From positions 8,238-72,237 of the forward strand of contig JBFFSQ010000001.1 of NCBI GenBank assembly GCA_041572275.1: a stretch of 64,000 nucleotides of DNA. Direction: 5' to 3'. How positions within the stretch are numbered: position 1 is the stretch's first letter; every line of letters begins with the position of its first letter. Below, piece after piece: positions 49,242-60,968 of the stretch. This DNA is from Gammaproteobacteria bacterium (GTDB lineage: Bacteria > Pseudomonadota > Gammaproteobacteria > SZUA-229). The translations under genes and the position numbers were made by a program. Below the pieces are notes generated by a model. That model saw nothing but the letters and a program-made list of their open reading frames with translations. It searched no databases and was not told the DNA's origin.

Positions 49242-52013
49242 ATGGAAAAAACATACAATCCGCAAAGCATCGAAACCAAATGGTATGAAACCTGGGAACA
49301 GCAGGGCTATTTTTCACCCCGCGAAAATGATCAGGACAGCAATAGCTATTGCATCATGATCCCACCACCCAATGTGACAGGCACCCTGCACATGGGCCAC
49401 GCGTTCCAGGATACCATTATGGATGCCCTGATCCGTTATCACCGTATGAAAGGCGATAACACCCTGTGGCAGGCGGGTACGGACCATGCCGGTATCGCAA
49501 CTCAAATGGTGGTCGAACGTCAGCTGACCGCTGAAGGTAAGAGCCGTCATGATCTGGGCCGCGATGATTTCATCGATCGCATCTGGGAGTGGAAGGAAGA
49601 GTCTGGCGGTTCTATCACTCGTCAGCTACGTCGCATGGGCGGTTCACTGGACTGGGCGCACGAGCGCTTCACTATGGATGAAGGTCTATCTGAAGCTGTA
49701 CATCGGGTTTTTGTACAGCTTTACGATGAAGGCCTGATCTACCGCGGAAAGCGCCTGGTGAACTGGGATCCGGTTCTACACACGGCGGTATCTGATCTTG
49801 AAGTTATCTCTGAAGAAGAATCCGGCCACCTCTGGCACATGCGCTACCCGCTGACAGACGGTTCCGGACAACTGGTGGTTGCCACCACACGTCCTGAAAC
49901 CATGCTGGGTGATACGGCAGTAGCGGTGCACCCGGATGATGAACGCTATCAAGCCTTTATTGGTAAAACCATTACCCTGCCATTGGTCGGTCGAGAGATT
50001 CCAATCATTGCCGATGATTATGTCGATCCTGAATTCGGTTCCGGCTGTGTCAAAATCACCCCGGCTCACGACTTCAACGACTACGAAATGGGCCAACGCC
50101 ATAACCTGCCCATGATCAATATTCTGACAGTAGATGCCAGCATCAATGATGAAGCACCGGAAAAATACCGTGGTTTCGATCGTTATGAAGCCCGTGACAT
50201 GATCATCCATGATTTACGTGAACTGGACTTGCTGGAAAAGATTGATGACCACAAACTCATGGTACCTCGTGGAGACCGCTCCGGCTCTGTAGTTGAGCCT
50301 TACCTGACGGATCAGTGGTATGTCAAAGTCGAGCCACTGGCTAAACCAGCCCGTGATGCGGTAACGGAAGGTCGTATTAAATTTGTGCCGGATAACTGGA
50401 ACAAAACCTATTTTGAATGGATGAACAATATTCAGGACTGGTGTATTTCACGTCAGATCTGGTGGGGCCACCGCATCCCGGCCTGGTATGACGAAGCCGG
50501 CAATGTGTATGTCGCTGATAACGAAGATGAAGTCCGTAAAAAATACAAACTGGATGCCGACCTGCCTTTGAAACAGGATGAAGATGTACTGGATACCTGG
50601 TTCTCTTCTGCCTTATGGCCGTTCTCAACACTGGGCTGGCCGGAAAATACGGATCGACTGAAACAGTTCTATCCCACCAGCGTACTGGTTACCGGTTTCG
50701 ACATCATTTTCTTCTGGGTTGCTCGCATGATTATGATGGGCCTTAAATTCATGGATGATGTACCGTTCAAGGAAATTTATATTCATGGACTGGTACGTGA
50801 TCAGGATGGCCAGAAGATGTCCAAGTCCAAGGGCAATGTTCTCGATCCCATTGATCTGATTGACGGCATCTCCCTGGAAGACCTGGTGAGCAAACGCACC
50901 AGCGGTTTAATGCAGCCACAGATGGCGCCGAAAATTGAAAAGTCCACACGCAAACATTTCCCTGATGGCATTCCCGCATTCGGCACTGATGCCCTGCGCT
51001 TTACTTTCGCAGCACTGGCTTCCACCGGTCGTGACATTCGTTTCGATTTACAACGCACAGAAGGCTATCGCAACTTCTGTAACAAGATATGGAATGCCAC
51101 GCGTTATGTGCTGATGAACACAGAAGATCAGGACACGGGTATTAACAACGACGATATCGAATTATCACTGGCCGATCGCTGGATTATGTCCCGTCTACAA
51201 ACTGTTAGCCAGAATGTGAATGAACACATTAATGGCTATCGCTTTGATATGGCCGCCCGTGATTTATATGCCTTTGTCTGGGAAGACTACTGTGACTGGT
51301 ATCTGGAATTATCCAAACCAGTGCTAACAAAAGAGGCTTCTGATGCAGCCAAACGTGGTACGCGACAAACACTGGTGAGGGTACTGGAAAGTATTCTTCG
51401 CCTGAATCACCCAATTATGCCTTACATTACTGAAGAACTCTGGCAACGCGTAGCACCATTGGCGGGTATCGACGGCAAAACGATTATGACCCAGGCCTTC
51501 CCACAAGCTGATGACACATTGCTAGATCAACAGGCTGAAGAAGAACTGGAGTGGGTGAAGACCTTGATTATGGGTGTGCGTCGCATCCGCTCTGAAATGG
51601 ATATTGCCCCGGGCAAACCTTTGCCGGTGCTATTACAGAACAGCAGTGAGCTAGATCAAAAACGATTTGCGGAGAATGAATCATTCATCATGACTCTGGC
51701 CAAACTGGACAGCGTGACCCTGTTAGGAGCCAATGACAAGGAACCTGAGTCTGCTACAGCACTGGTCGGTGAAATGAAACTGCTTATCCCGCTGGCCGGT
51801 CTCATCGACAAAGAAGCAGAACTGACTCGGCTGAACAAGGAAATTGCTAAAATCGATAACAACCTACAAAAAAGCCAGGCAAAGCTCACCAACCCCAGCT
51901 TTGTTGATAAAGCACCGGAAGCCGTGGTTGATAAAGAACGCCAGCGTGTCGCAGAAATGGAAACAGCCATCAAACAGCTGCAGGAACAGGCGCGTAAAAT
52001 TGAGTCGATGTGA
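49242..52013 (+). CDS. valS: Valine--tRNA ligase
   Basis: 923 aa with HIGH ([14 protein letters not shown]), KMSKS and a C-terminal coiled coil. Confidence 0.97.
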   Translation: MEKTYNPQSIETKWYETWEQQGYFSPRENDQDSNSYCIMIPPPNVTGTLHMGHAFQDTIMDALIRYHRMKGDNTLWQAGTDHAGIATQMVVERQLTAEGKSRHDLGRDDFIDRIWEWKEESGGSITRQLRRMGGSLDWAHERFTMDEGLSEAVHRVFVQLYDEGLIYRGKRLVNWDPVLHTAVSDLEVISEEESGHLWHMRYPLTDGSGQLVVATTRPETMLGDTAVAVHPDDERYQAFIGKTITLPLVGREIPIIADDYVDPEFGSGCVKITPAHDFNDYEMGQRHNLPMINILTVDASINDEAPEKYRGFDRYEARDMIIHDLRELDLLEKIDDHKLMVPRGDRSGSVVEPYLTDQWYVKVEPLAKPARDAVTEGRIKFVPDNWNKTYFEWMNNIQDWCISRQIWWGHRIPAWYDEAGNVYVADNEDEVRKKYKLDADLPLKQDEDVLDTWFSSALWPFSTLGWPENTDRLKQFYPTSVLVTGFDIIFFWVARMIMMGLKFMDDVPFKEIYIHGLVRDQDGQKMSKSKGNVLDPIDLIDGISLEDLVSKRTSGLMQPQMAPKIEKSTRKHFPDGIPAFGTDALRFTFAALASTGRDIRFDLQRTEGYRNFCNKIWNATRYVLMNTEDQDTGINNDDIELSLADRWIMSRLQTVSQNVNEHINGYRFDMAARDLYAFVWEDYCDWYLELSKPVLTKEASDAAKRGTRQTLVRVLESILRLNHPIMPYITEELWQRVAPLAGIDGKTIMTQAFPQADDTLLDQQAEEELEWVKTLIMGVRRIRSEMDIAPGKPLPVLLQNSSELDQKRFAENESFIMTLAKLDSVTLLGANDKEPESATALVGEMKLLIPLAGLIDKEAELTRLNKEIAKIDNNLQKSQAKLTNPSFVDKAPEAVVDKERQRVAEMETAIKQLQEQARKIESM

Positions 52014-52068
52014 GCCTACAAACAGCTGCATGCATCACTATACAAATATTGAAATAGAGTAAGCTCAC

Positions 52069-52620
52069 ATGCAAATCATGCCGGAAAAACGCGAACAAGT
52101 ATTACAGGTTCATGGCCGACTAGTGGTCGCCGTGGTCAAAGCCCTTAATGACAGCTCACTGATGCCCGAACTGGAAAAAGTGCTGAAGATCTCGGCCGAA
52201 AACGGCTGGGACAACCTGGTCAAGTCTATCCGAAAAGTCATCAAGGGTGATCGTGACAGTAGCGTATTGAAAGGCCTGGATGAAGAAGACTATATTATTG
52301 TCGAAAGTATTTTAAAAGGTATTCAGAACCCGGCCAGTCTTCCCGCTGAACCGGAACCCGATCCCGCTATGGCTGCACCCATGCTGGCACAACTCATTCA
52401 GGCAGCTGGCACCGGTGATATCAATGCGCTTACGATGCTCGGCACCATGGCCGAACAAATGTCGAACACCACCGGCGACCTGGCTCGCTTCAGTACCCTG
52501 ATCAAACCCATGGTCGATGGCGAACGTGACGTTGATCGCCTTTGCGATAAAATCGGTCCCCAGGGTGAGTCATTGGTCACTTCCATCCTCAACGAACTGG
52601 CAAAACTAGAATCACACTAA
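52069..52620 (+). CDS. Hypothetical protein (183 aa)
   Basis: Intact ORF with no recognised domain. Confidence 0.4.
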   Translation: MQIMPEKREQVLQVHGRLVVAVVKALNDSSLMPELEKVLKISAENGWDNLVKSIRKVIKGDRDSSVLKGLDEEDYIIVESILKGIQNPASLPAEPEPDPAMAAPMLAQLIQAAGTGDINALTMLGTMAEQMSNTTGDLARFSTLIKPMVDGERDVDRLCDKIGPQGESLVTSILNELAKLESH

Positions 52621-52660
52621 TTACCTTTCGGTAGTGACAGGCATAAATACCTGACTGGGC

Positions 52661-53101
52661 TTAACGCGAAATGCGCCATAAGCCCCATGCCCCCCAAAAT
52701 GCAATCAGTGGCAATACAATCCAGTAGGCCATCTCGTTTTCCAGGTTCCAGCCCTGAGCACCACGAGCCGCAACCACTGCAGCTAGACAAACCACCGGCC
52801 AGTAAATGGTAACACCCAGAGCAGCTGCCAGCAGCATAGTTCCCCATTTCTGTCCCAAGTAGTAGCCGATCAAACCTGCTGCCAACAATGGTATATAGAC
52901 AAGCAAATCAGCAAAGGCAAAACCGTACCAAAAGGCGGCACCCACAGCCGTAATTTGTTGAGCCGATTCCTGTGTACCCATAGCGACGCCTAGCTCATAG
53001 TCAAAGGCAGGAATCGCCTGTGCGTATATAAGATACATAAACAAGAGCCAGCCAGGCCCGTGCAAAAACCAAAAACCACTGTCTCGTTTCATCATGCTCA
53101 C
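52661..53101 (-). CDS. Hypothetical membrane protein (146 aa, about 4 TM)
   Basis: Hydrophobic helices rich in Trp/Tyr; no motif recognised. Confidence 0.4.
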   Translation of the reverse strand: MSMMKRDSGFWFLHGPGWLLFMYLIYAQAIPAFDYELGVAMGTQESAQQITAVGAAFWYGFAFADLLVYIPLLAAGLIGYYLGQKWGTMLLAAALGVTIYWPVVCLAAVVAARGAQGWNLENEMAYWIVLPLIAFWGAWGLWRISR

Positions 53102-53125
53102 ACCTGTCCGAGTATTTTTCCAGGA

Positions 53126-55804
53126 TTAGATAATCCCTAACAACTGGTTTATTTCGTGCTCAAATTTATACTTGTAGTTCAGAAAATGCAGTGTTTGAAT
53201 CTCGTCCTGATTTTCGATCAGAAACATATTCAATGGTGCGTCGACATCACTTACATATACAGATTTAGGGCCCGTTTGTTGCATTTGCCCCTGGAGAAAT
53301 GCCACACAATCACCGACAACGCGTTCACCCAACTCGATAGAATGAAATTCGCGATCATCACATAACAAACTAACTTGCTCATTATCTGACTCTCCATAGA
53401 CAATAAGTTTGATATTAAAGAAACGCTGACCAGCCAGAACATCATTGGTCGTCATAGTATAAAACTCATAACCACCCAGCTGATTAATACTAATCTGCTG
53501 AATCGATAAGGCAGGCAATGGTGTATCATTGTTGAGCATTGCTCGCATACGGTCATTTATATTACGTATAAAGTACAACCACTGAGCCACGTAAACTTCA
53601 CGGCTTAACACGTTACACTGGTCATGCCATAAGCTTCCTCTTTCATCCAGCACCCAGGTTTCACAGGTGCGATTTCTCAACTGAAAATAAACCTGTACCA
53701 CGCCCGATTGATTGCGCTTGTAAATATCACTTAATGGCGTATTTGCCAGAACATTCACCCCCATGGATACAGGCCTAAAATGCTCAAGTGGTTGCTGTAA
53801 AAACTGCAAGAGCTGTTGATCGGCACCCACTCGTTCAGACTGTAAGCCATTATATTCATCCAGCTCAAATCGATAATAGCCTCGATCCAGACTCACGATT
53901 AGACAAGCTGTATGCATAGCCTTGTAGCCAAAACATTCGACCAGTTCATTCTGTATACGCTGAAGATTCTGGGTAATAGATGTGATGGCTCCCGAGGCAT
54001 AACCATAAAACTCCAGACCTGACGATTCCAGGGCACCAGATTGATACGCTGGTGTAAACCATTCACTCAAACATTGTAGAAAGCCCCTATAACCTCGAAA
54101 TGTTTGAATGTGTATTTCACCCCAACTATTAATCGTCAGTTGTTCGGAAAATAACTGAAGTGGTTTACTGGTATATTTATCATCACTTGATATCGCTTGT
54201 TCAGCACGTATATTGACAGGTACCGTACTGACGAACACGATAGAGCGAAGCGGCCTGGCTGGATGTTCGAACGCTTCGGTACTTGTTTGCCATATCATAT
54301 CTGGCTGTACTTTCATCATCAGCACTTCAAGTACATGACGGGCTTCAATCTGAGTAACAAAATAGCTTGGACAGTCAATTGAAACCTGTGTTGATTGATC
54401 CGCCAGTCGGTTAAACCAGGCCCAGGCAATTACAGCTAAAAGATTCGTATTTGTATACAGTGTTTCTTCCTGACCTTCCTCTAACACAATAAGCAGTGAC
54501 CAGGTTGCGGATTCAGTCTGATAACGAATACGAATTCGCTCCTGAATATTCTCTGTAGAATTGCCGGTATTGTAGATAGCAACTTTTTCGTCACTTCTGG
54601 ATATAAAGGCTGATATATTATTTAACATTTCAGCCAGATCTACATCCTCATCACTCTCCCTTTTGATATTAAATACATCCACAATTTGTCGAAATGTTAA
54701 GGCCAGCAACTGATCTAACAGGCTGTATGTAGATAATGACTGGATAAGATCGAAATGCCTGCCACTATAATTCTGTGCATATTCGGGCATCGTAGTACTG
54801 AGAGCTTCTGATAAATTTTTATTTAGCCGCCCCATTGCACCCAGGCGCTGTAAAAGTTTTATACCAGAGCCTCGATCATTATTGTCCGGAAGCTGTGTGA
54901 CAGCTGACTGGATAATTTCCGCAGTTACACGCTGAGCAGATAAAAAACTATCGACTGGCTGCATTGAATATATGTTTTTTTTCAATAGCCAGCTACTACC
55001 ACTAACTTCAGGCCAAGCCTGTTCTTTAATATACAACTGCAACAATCTTAACCAGGTATGTTCCGATGACTGCTTTATCGCCTGCAGGATACTGACTGAC
55101 TGCTGCACCAAATCAGCATGATTTAACTTACTCACACTACCCAGGTCAATAAATTCACTTTCCTTTACAAAACGATGCTGTTTAATATAGGCAACAAAAT
55201 CATCATAGTGTGCTTCTTTCTCAGGCGGCACCAACCACCAGGCTGGATATTTCCCCGCTATCAGCATCGCCTCAAGATAAAATGCATCGAGAAACAAACC
55301 TTGTGCAGTTTGTGATTTACTTACTGCATCAGGCAATTCACCCAGTGCCAATTGTCGGGAGCTTAGTAAACAGGCATCAACTTTAAGCTGCAGATTACCT
55401 AACCAGTGTGCAACCTTTGTCAGCTTTGCATTTAACTCCCCGTACTGACTCGAGTTCAAGCCAGGGTCATGCAGCAACCATAAAGTTAAGTGATTATCGA
55501 TTACATCCTGTTGTAAAAAAATGGCTTCAATCGGTGCATGCTTTACAATCGCATCCTGTTGATAACTGAAACGATTATTCTGTTTTCTTGCTGCATGAAG
55601 TGCAGTCTTTGCAGGGACATATGAATATATACCCGCAGGTACATCAGCTCCGTTGTAACCAGGCAGAAACCGATTATTAGTCTGAAATAGTAGAGGCAAC
55701 AGGGTAATGGCTGTTTTCTGAACAGGTGCCAGTCTTTCTATAAACTGTGTTATGCACTGTTCATTCCAGTCAAAAAAGGCCTGTCTGGCATCAGCAATAT
55801 CCAT
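53126..55804 (-). CDS. cyaA: Class I adenylate cyclase
   Basis: 892 aa. The N-terminal region is collinear with E. coli CyaA ([30 protein letters not shown] vs [45 protein letters not shown] vs WNMVPCDEEEHYDDYV). Confidence 0.85.
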   Translation of the reverse strand: [892 protein letters not shown]

Positions 55805-55859
55805 AATAGCTACAGATCACCACTCGATATATATAGGCCAGGTACATACAAACCACAAT

Positions 55860-57095
55860 CTATTTCTGATCAGGTGCTTTAACATTCATCAGTAATACCA
55901 GGCCTGCAATAAATAAAACAAGAATAGATAAAATAGAGTATCGATGACTAGAGGTCATCACTGCAACACCGCCCATCAACAATGGCCCAAGTACAGCAGC
56001 GGCTTTACCCATCATATTGTAAATTCCAAAATATTCTGCTGCACGTTCAGGAGGGATCAGCCGCGCATAAAATGAACGACTCAGTGCCTGTACGCCACCC
56101 TGCACCAGGCCGATCATCACCGCTAACATATAGAACTCCCACACAGACTCCATGCCGTAACCTAACAGGGTAATAACCCCATAGGCCAAAATGCCCAGTA
56201 TTAATGCAGGTTTGACGCCAATTTTATCACCTAAGTGAGTATAGAGTATGGCCGCAGGAAATCCGACAAACTGGGTAATCAATAAAGCAACAATTAAATC
56301 ATTAGCCCCAAAGCCAAGTGCCAGGCCATAGTCGATAGCCATTCTTATAATTGTGTCGACACCATCGATATATAACCAGTAGGCAAGTAAAAACAGGCGA
56401 ATTTGTTTATGTTGAAAGACATGCCTGAATGCTTTTGCGGTTTCTTTCAGAATATGGCGGTCACCTTTAACAGCAACAGCCTTAGACTCATTAACCCATA
56501 ACATCAGCGGTAGACTAAACACCAACCACCAGAGTGCGGTAAGCACAAAAGCAAACAACACAGCATTCATACTTGTGTCAAAACCAAGCCGTTCTGCATT
56601 CTGCGTTAACAAAATGCACAAGGCCAGCAACAATCCACCACCGAGATAGCCCATGCCAAAACCCAAACCCGACACACGATCGACATGATGATTGCGGCTA
56701 ACATCGACCAGCATGGCATCATAAAAAACATTTCCACCCATAAAGCCCAGGGTCGCAAGAACATACAGCCCCAGAACTAACCACCAGTCTCCCTGGGCCA
56801 CGGTAGAAAACAGGAAAGTAGTTACCGCTCCTAACAACATAAACCCAATCAACATACGCTTACGTATACCGGAACAGTCTGCGATAGCACCTAACACAGG
56901 TGCCAGTAAAACAATAATTAGACTAGAGGTTGAATTGGCGGCACCGAGCCAAAAAGTACTCTGGTCAGATGCAAGGTCCGTCGCCCAGTACTGTTTAAAG
57001 ACCACAGGAAAAAAACCGGCGATAACCACGGTCGCAAATACTGAATTAGCCCAGTCATATAAAGCCCAACCCAGTATTTGTTTGTTCTTCAGCAT
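55860..57095 (-). CDS. MFS transporter
   Basis: 411 aa, 12 TM, with an MFS-type N-terminus (LGWALYDWANSVFATVVIAGFFPV). Confidence 0.7.
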   Translation of the reverse strand: MLKNKQILGWALYDWANSVFATVVIAGFFPVVFKQYWATDLASDQSTFWLGAANSTSSLIIVLLAPVLGAIADCSGIRKRMLIGFMLLGAVTTFLFSTVAQGDWWLVLGLYVLATLGFMGGNVFYDAMLVDVSRNHHVDRVSGLGFGMGYLGGGLLLALCILLTQNAERLGFDTSMNAVLFAFVLTALWWLVFSLPLMLWVNESKAVAVKGDRHILKETAKAFRHVFQHKQIRLFLLAYWLYIDGVDTIIRMAIDYGLALGFGANDLIVALLITQFVGFPAAILYTHLGDKIGVKPALILGILAYGVITLLGYGMESVWEFYMLAVMIGLVQGGVQALSRSFYARLIPPERAAEYFGIYNMMGKAAAVLGPLLMGGVAVMTSSHRYSILSILVLFIAGLVLLMNVKAPDQK

Positions 57096-57297
57096 AAGTA
57101 TCCTGTTGCAACGGTATGAATCATTATTATTTACATCAAAGCTTACTATACTTTAATTGATGGACACTCTGAACAACTTGTCAAAATAATGGATATTTAA
57201 CCATTAGATCATCATGATCTATTTCACAGGCTTACTGATAATTATGATTTACTATCTTGACTGGCGAAACTAAACAAATTCTGGCAAAGTAATTCCC

Positions 57298-57927
57298 ATG
57301 AGCAGAACACTATTAATATTTATAATGATTGCTACAGCCCTGATGATCATGGTAATCGGGGACAGTTCCGACTCAGAGCAAACTACTCACATGCCATGGA
57401 ACATCGATATTCAGGCCAACGGCACAAGCCGGGTCTTCGGCATCACCCTGGGTAGAACTCAATTACAAGATGCTAATCAGATTCTTGCGCAATATCCAGA
57501 AACCCACTTCATACCTGCCAGTGAGAATATGCCTGCACGCCTGGTGTCTATTTATGATGAACTCAATACTGGTGGCTTACTGGCGACAATCGAACTGGAA
57601 TATGCACTAGAACCATCTACCTTGGTAGAGTATGAAAAATCAGCCCTGACTGTTGCGGACAAGTCCTACCTACAGTTATCCGATCAGCATCAAATGCAAT
57701 TATTATCAGCCACTATCAAAACCCTGACTTACAAACCAGCTATCGATTATGAAATTGATGTCATACTGCAACGTTTTGGGACTGCAACTGAACAGTTACA
57801 GATAAATGACACAACTCAGCGCTGGCGGTATCCTGAGCTTGGCTTGGAAATTGTGATCGATTCAGCAGGACTTGATACCTTTATTTACCGGGCGATTGCA
57901 GCCAGCGATCCCCAACCAGTTGAATAA
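57298..57927 (+). CDS. Hypothetical exported protein (209 aa)
   Basis: N-terminal signal/TM segment; no recognised domain. Confidence 0.4.
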   Translation: MSRTLLIFIMIATALMIMVIGDSSDSEQTTHMPWNIDIQANGTSRVFGITLGRTQLQDANQILAQYPETHFIPASENMPARLVSIYDELNTGGLLATIELEYALEPSTLVEYEKSALTVADKSYLQLSDQHQMQLLSATIKTLTYKPAIDYEIDVILQRFGTATEQLQINDTTQRWRYPELGLEIVIDSAGLDTFIYRAIAASDPQPVE

Positions 57928-57988
57928 ATCGACCAGTGCAATCATGTACTACTGCAAGGTTGCAGTTGCAGTTTACTATTCTGAGTGG

Positions 57989-59590
57989 TTATTTCTCAGA
58001 ATCGTAAACGCCATGCTCACGCGTTGACAGGAATTTAATATCTGGCCAGCGCTCCTGTGCCATATCAAGATTAACTCGGGTTGGTGCGATATAGACCAGA
58101 TCTCCTGCATGGTCCAGTGCCAGGTTACTGGCCACTTTTTCCTTGAACTGGGCCAGCATTTTCGCATCATCACACTCGACCCAACGAGCGGTGGTTACAT
58201 TTACATTCTCGAATGAACAATCGACACCGTATTCATCTTTCAGCCGGTGCGCTACCACATCAAACTGCAGCACACCAACAGCACCCAGTATCAAGTCATT
58301 ATTGTTCAGCGGACGATAAAGCTGGGTTGCCCCTTCTTCACATAACTGAATCAGGCCTTTTTGCAGAGCTTTCATCTTCAGTGGATCACGTAGCTGTGCA
58401 CGGCGAAAGAGTTCCGGCGCAAAATTGGGAATACCCGTGAAGACAAGGTCTTCACCTAATGTGAAAGTGTCACCAATACGAATCGTGCCATGATTATGTA
58501 AACCAATAATATCACCCGCAAAAGCTTCATCTACATGGCCGCGGTCTGATGCCATAAAGGTCAGAGCATCACTCAGTTTAATATCCTTCTTGATACGTAC
58601 ATGCCGGACCTTCATGCCTTTTTCATATTTCCCGGAACAGACTCGCAGGAATGCTATACGATCACGGTGTTGCGGATCCATATTTGCCTGAATCTTGAAC
58701 ACAAAGCCGGTGAATTTCTCTTCCGTTGCTTCAACGATACGGGCGCCACCATCGCGCGGCTTGGGTGTTGGTGCGTAGGCATCCAGCGCATCGAGCAATT
58801 CCTTGATACCGAAATTATTAATCGCGGAACCAAAAAACACCGGTGTTAATTTACCCTGGCGGTAGGCTTCAAGATCAAATTCATGACTGGCACCTTTAAC
58901 CAGCTCAATCTCCTCTCGCAGATCAGCGGCCATTGAACCGAGTTTTTCATCCAGCTCCGGATTATCCAGTCCTTGAATAATATCCCCCTGCTGGATTTTT
59001 CCGCCGTGGGTGGCACTGAACAAGTGGACACTGTCGTTATACAGATGAAACACACCCTTAAAAGCCTTACCCATACCGATTGGCCAGGTCATGGGCGCAC
59101 ACTGAATATTGAGTACCGTTTCCACCTCATCGAGCAATTCGATAGGGTCTTTAGCCTCGCGGTCCATCTTGTTCACAAAGGTCAGAATAGGCGTATCTCG
59201 CAAGCGACACACATCCATTAATTTGATGGTACGTTCCTCGACACCTTTAGCCGCATCAATCACCATCAAGGCTGAGTCAACCGCCGTGAGCGTACGATAA
59301 GTATCCTCAGAGAAGTCGGCATGACCAGGAGTATCCAGCAGATTAATAATGCAATCGTTATGGGGAAACTGCATGACCGATGAGGTCACTGAGATACCAC
59401 GCTGTTTTTCCAGCTCCATCCAGTCAGAAGTAGCATGACGTGCTGCCTTACGACCTTTTACTGTCCCCGCCAGCTGAATGGCACCCCCGAATAACAATAA
59501 TTTTTCCGTCAGCGTGGTTTTACCGGCATCGGGATGGGAAATGATTGCGAAGGTACGCCTACGCTGCATTTGCTGGAGATAGTCAGACAT
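57989..59590 (-). CDS. prfC: Peptide chain release factor 3
   Basis: 533 aa with a GTPase G1 ([18 protein letters not shown]) in the RF3 family. Confidence 0.95.
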   Translation of the reverse strand: MSDYLQQMQRRRTFAIISHPDAGKTTLTEKLLLFGGAIQLAGTVKGRKAARHATSDWMELEKQRGISVTSSVMQFPHNDCIINLLDTPGHADFSEDTYRTLTAVDSALMVIDAAKGVEERTIKLMDVCRLRDTPILTFVNKMDREAKDPIELLDEVETVLNIQCAPMTWPIGMGKAFKGVFHLYNDSVHLFSATHGGKIQQGDIIQGLDNPELDEKLGSMAADLREEIELVKGASHEFDLEAYRQGKLTPVFFGSAINNFGIKELLDALDAYAPTPKPRDGGARIVEATEEKFTGFVFKIQANMDPQHRDRIAFLRVCSGKYEKGMKVRHVRIKKDIKLSDALTFMASDRGHVDEAFAGDIIGLHNHGTIRIGDTFTLGEDLVFTGIPNFAPELFRRAQLRDPLKMKALQKGLIQLCEEGATQLYRPLNNNDLILGAVGVLQFDVVAHRLKDEYGVDCSFENVNVTTARWVECDDAKMLAQFKEKVASNLALDHAGDLVYIAPTRVNLDMAQERWPDIKFLSTREHGVYDSEK

Positions 59591-59704
59591 GATTTATTAC
59601 ACTAAAAAAACTGAAGGCGAATTATACAACAAAGCCTGACAAAAAATGTGAGGAGAACACCTTAATCATTACAGATCTGGAAATGATGGCTGTCATACGT
59701 CAAA

Positions 59705-60187
59705 TTATTCTTCAGGTAGGTTCATGGCCCGCGCATAGACCAGTGCATCTTCTTTACCTTCGCCGTCAGGGTAGTAATTTTTACGCACGCCAATACGATT
59801 AAAGCCTTCCTGTTCATACAGATGCGCAGCGATGGTATTGGATACACGAACTTCGAGAAACACCGAGTCCACCTGTTCCTGCTCGGCAATATCCAGCAAT
59901 TTGAGTAACATCTTTCGACCCAAACCCTGACCCTGAAAATCCCTGGCGACACACAAATTCAAAATATGTGCTTCACCCGCAGCAACTGAAATCAGGCCGT
60001 AAGCCTGAACCTCGCCATCTAACACATACACCAGGCAGTTATAGCCGACACGAATACAGTCCGTGAAAATGCCGCTTGTCCAGGGATGATCGTAGGCCTG
60101 TTGTTCAATTTCGACCACACGGGGTACGTCTTCAAAATACATACTCCTGAAACCCGTGGCAGATTCGTAGTCAGGATTAATCGCCAT
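59705..60187 (-). CDS. rimI: Ribosomal-protein-alanine N-acetyltransferase
   Basis: 160 aa GNAT with an acetyl-CoA motif (RDFQGQGLGRKML). Confidence 0.85.
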   Translation of the reverse strand: MAINPDYESATGFRSMYFEDVPRVVEIEQQAYDHPWTSGIFTDCIRVGYNCLVYVLDGEVQAYGLISVAAGEAHILNLCVARDFQGQGLGRKMLLKLLDIAEQEQVDSVFLEVRVSNTIAAHLYEQEGFNRIGVRKNYYPDGEGKEDALVYARAMNLPEE

Positions 60188-60188
60188 A

Positions 60189-60965
60189 TCAGAAACTGCT
60201 GTTGATAATTTGCTTTACGCGTTGTAAATCCTGCCAGGACTTACGTTTTTCAACCGGCTTGCGTAACAAATAAGCTGGATGGTAACTGACAATCAGGGGA
60301 ATACCATTATAGCTATGCTGTTTACCTCGCATCTCACCCAGATTATCCTGGCTCATGAGTAGGTGTTGAGCAGCAACACGACCTAATGCCAGGATTAATT
60401 TAGGTTTAACCAATTCAATCTGCCGCTGCAGATAGGGATCACAACAAATGGTTTCACTTATATGAGGATTTCGGTTCTCCGGCGGACGGCATTTGATCAC
60501 ATTGGTGAGGTACACCACTTGACGATCCAGATCAATCGCCTGCAACATCGCGTTCAATAACTGCCCTGCCTGACCAACAAAGGACTCGCCCTGCGCATCC
60601 TCATCCTCACCCGGTGCCTCACCAATAATGAGTAGATCAGCATCAGCTTTACCGCTACCAAACACCGTATGAATTCTACTGGCATGTAATTCACATAATT
60701 GACACTGGGATACGATATGTTGCAGCTGCTCCAGACTGGCATTTGCTATTTCAATACCTGCACCGACATCGATGCCTGGGCTTTCTTCACCAGCATTCAC
60801 TTCTGGCTCAGCAGCAGATGGCTGCACATCATCAACAATGACGGTTTGATATTTCAAGAACCAGGGCTGAATACCCATGGCCTTAAGATAGGCAATGCGC
60901 ATAGTCTCATCGACAGGGCTTCCCTGCCCCACGACATGTTGACTATGGCCCTTTAGATCAGACAC
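60189..60965 (-). CDS. Uracil-DNA glycosylase, family 4 (Fe-S type) with an N-terminal extension
   Basis: CQLCELH...GEAPGEDED...FVGQAGQLL are family-4 UDG motifs. An N-terminal extension of about 85 aa (AYLKAMGIQPW) is common in proteobacterial homologues. Confidence 0.8.
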   Translation of the reverse strand: MSDLKGHSQHVVGQGSPVDETMRIAYLKAMGIQPWFLKYQTVIVDDVQPSAAEPEVNAGEESPGIDVGAGIEIANASLEQLQHIVSQCQLCELHASRIHTVFGSGKADADLLIIGEAPGEDEDAQGESFVGQAGQLLNAMLQAIDLDRQVVYLTNVIKCRPPENRNPHISETICCDPYLQRQIELVKPKLILALGRVAAQHLLMSQDNLGEMRGKQHSYNGIPLIVSYHPAYLLRKPVEKRKSWQDLQRVKQIINSSF

Positions 60966-60968
60966 CGA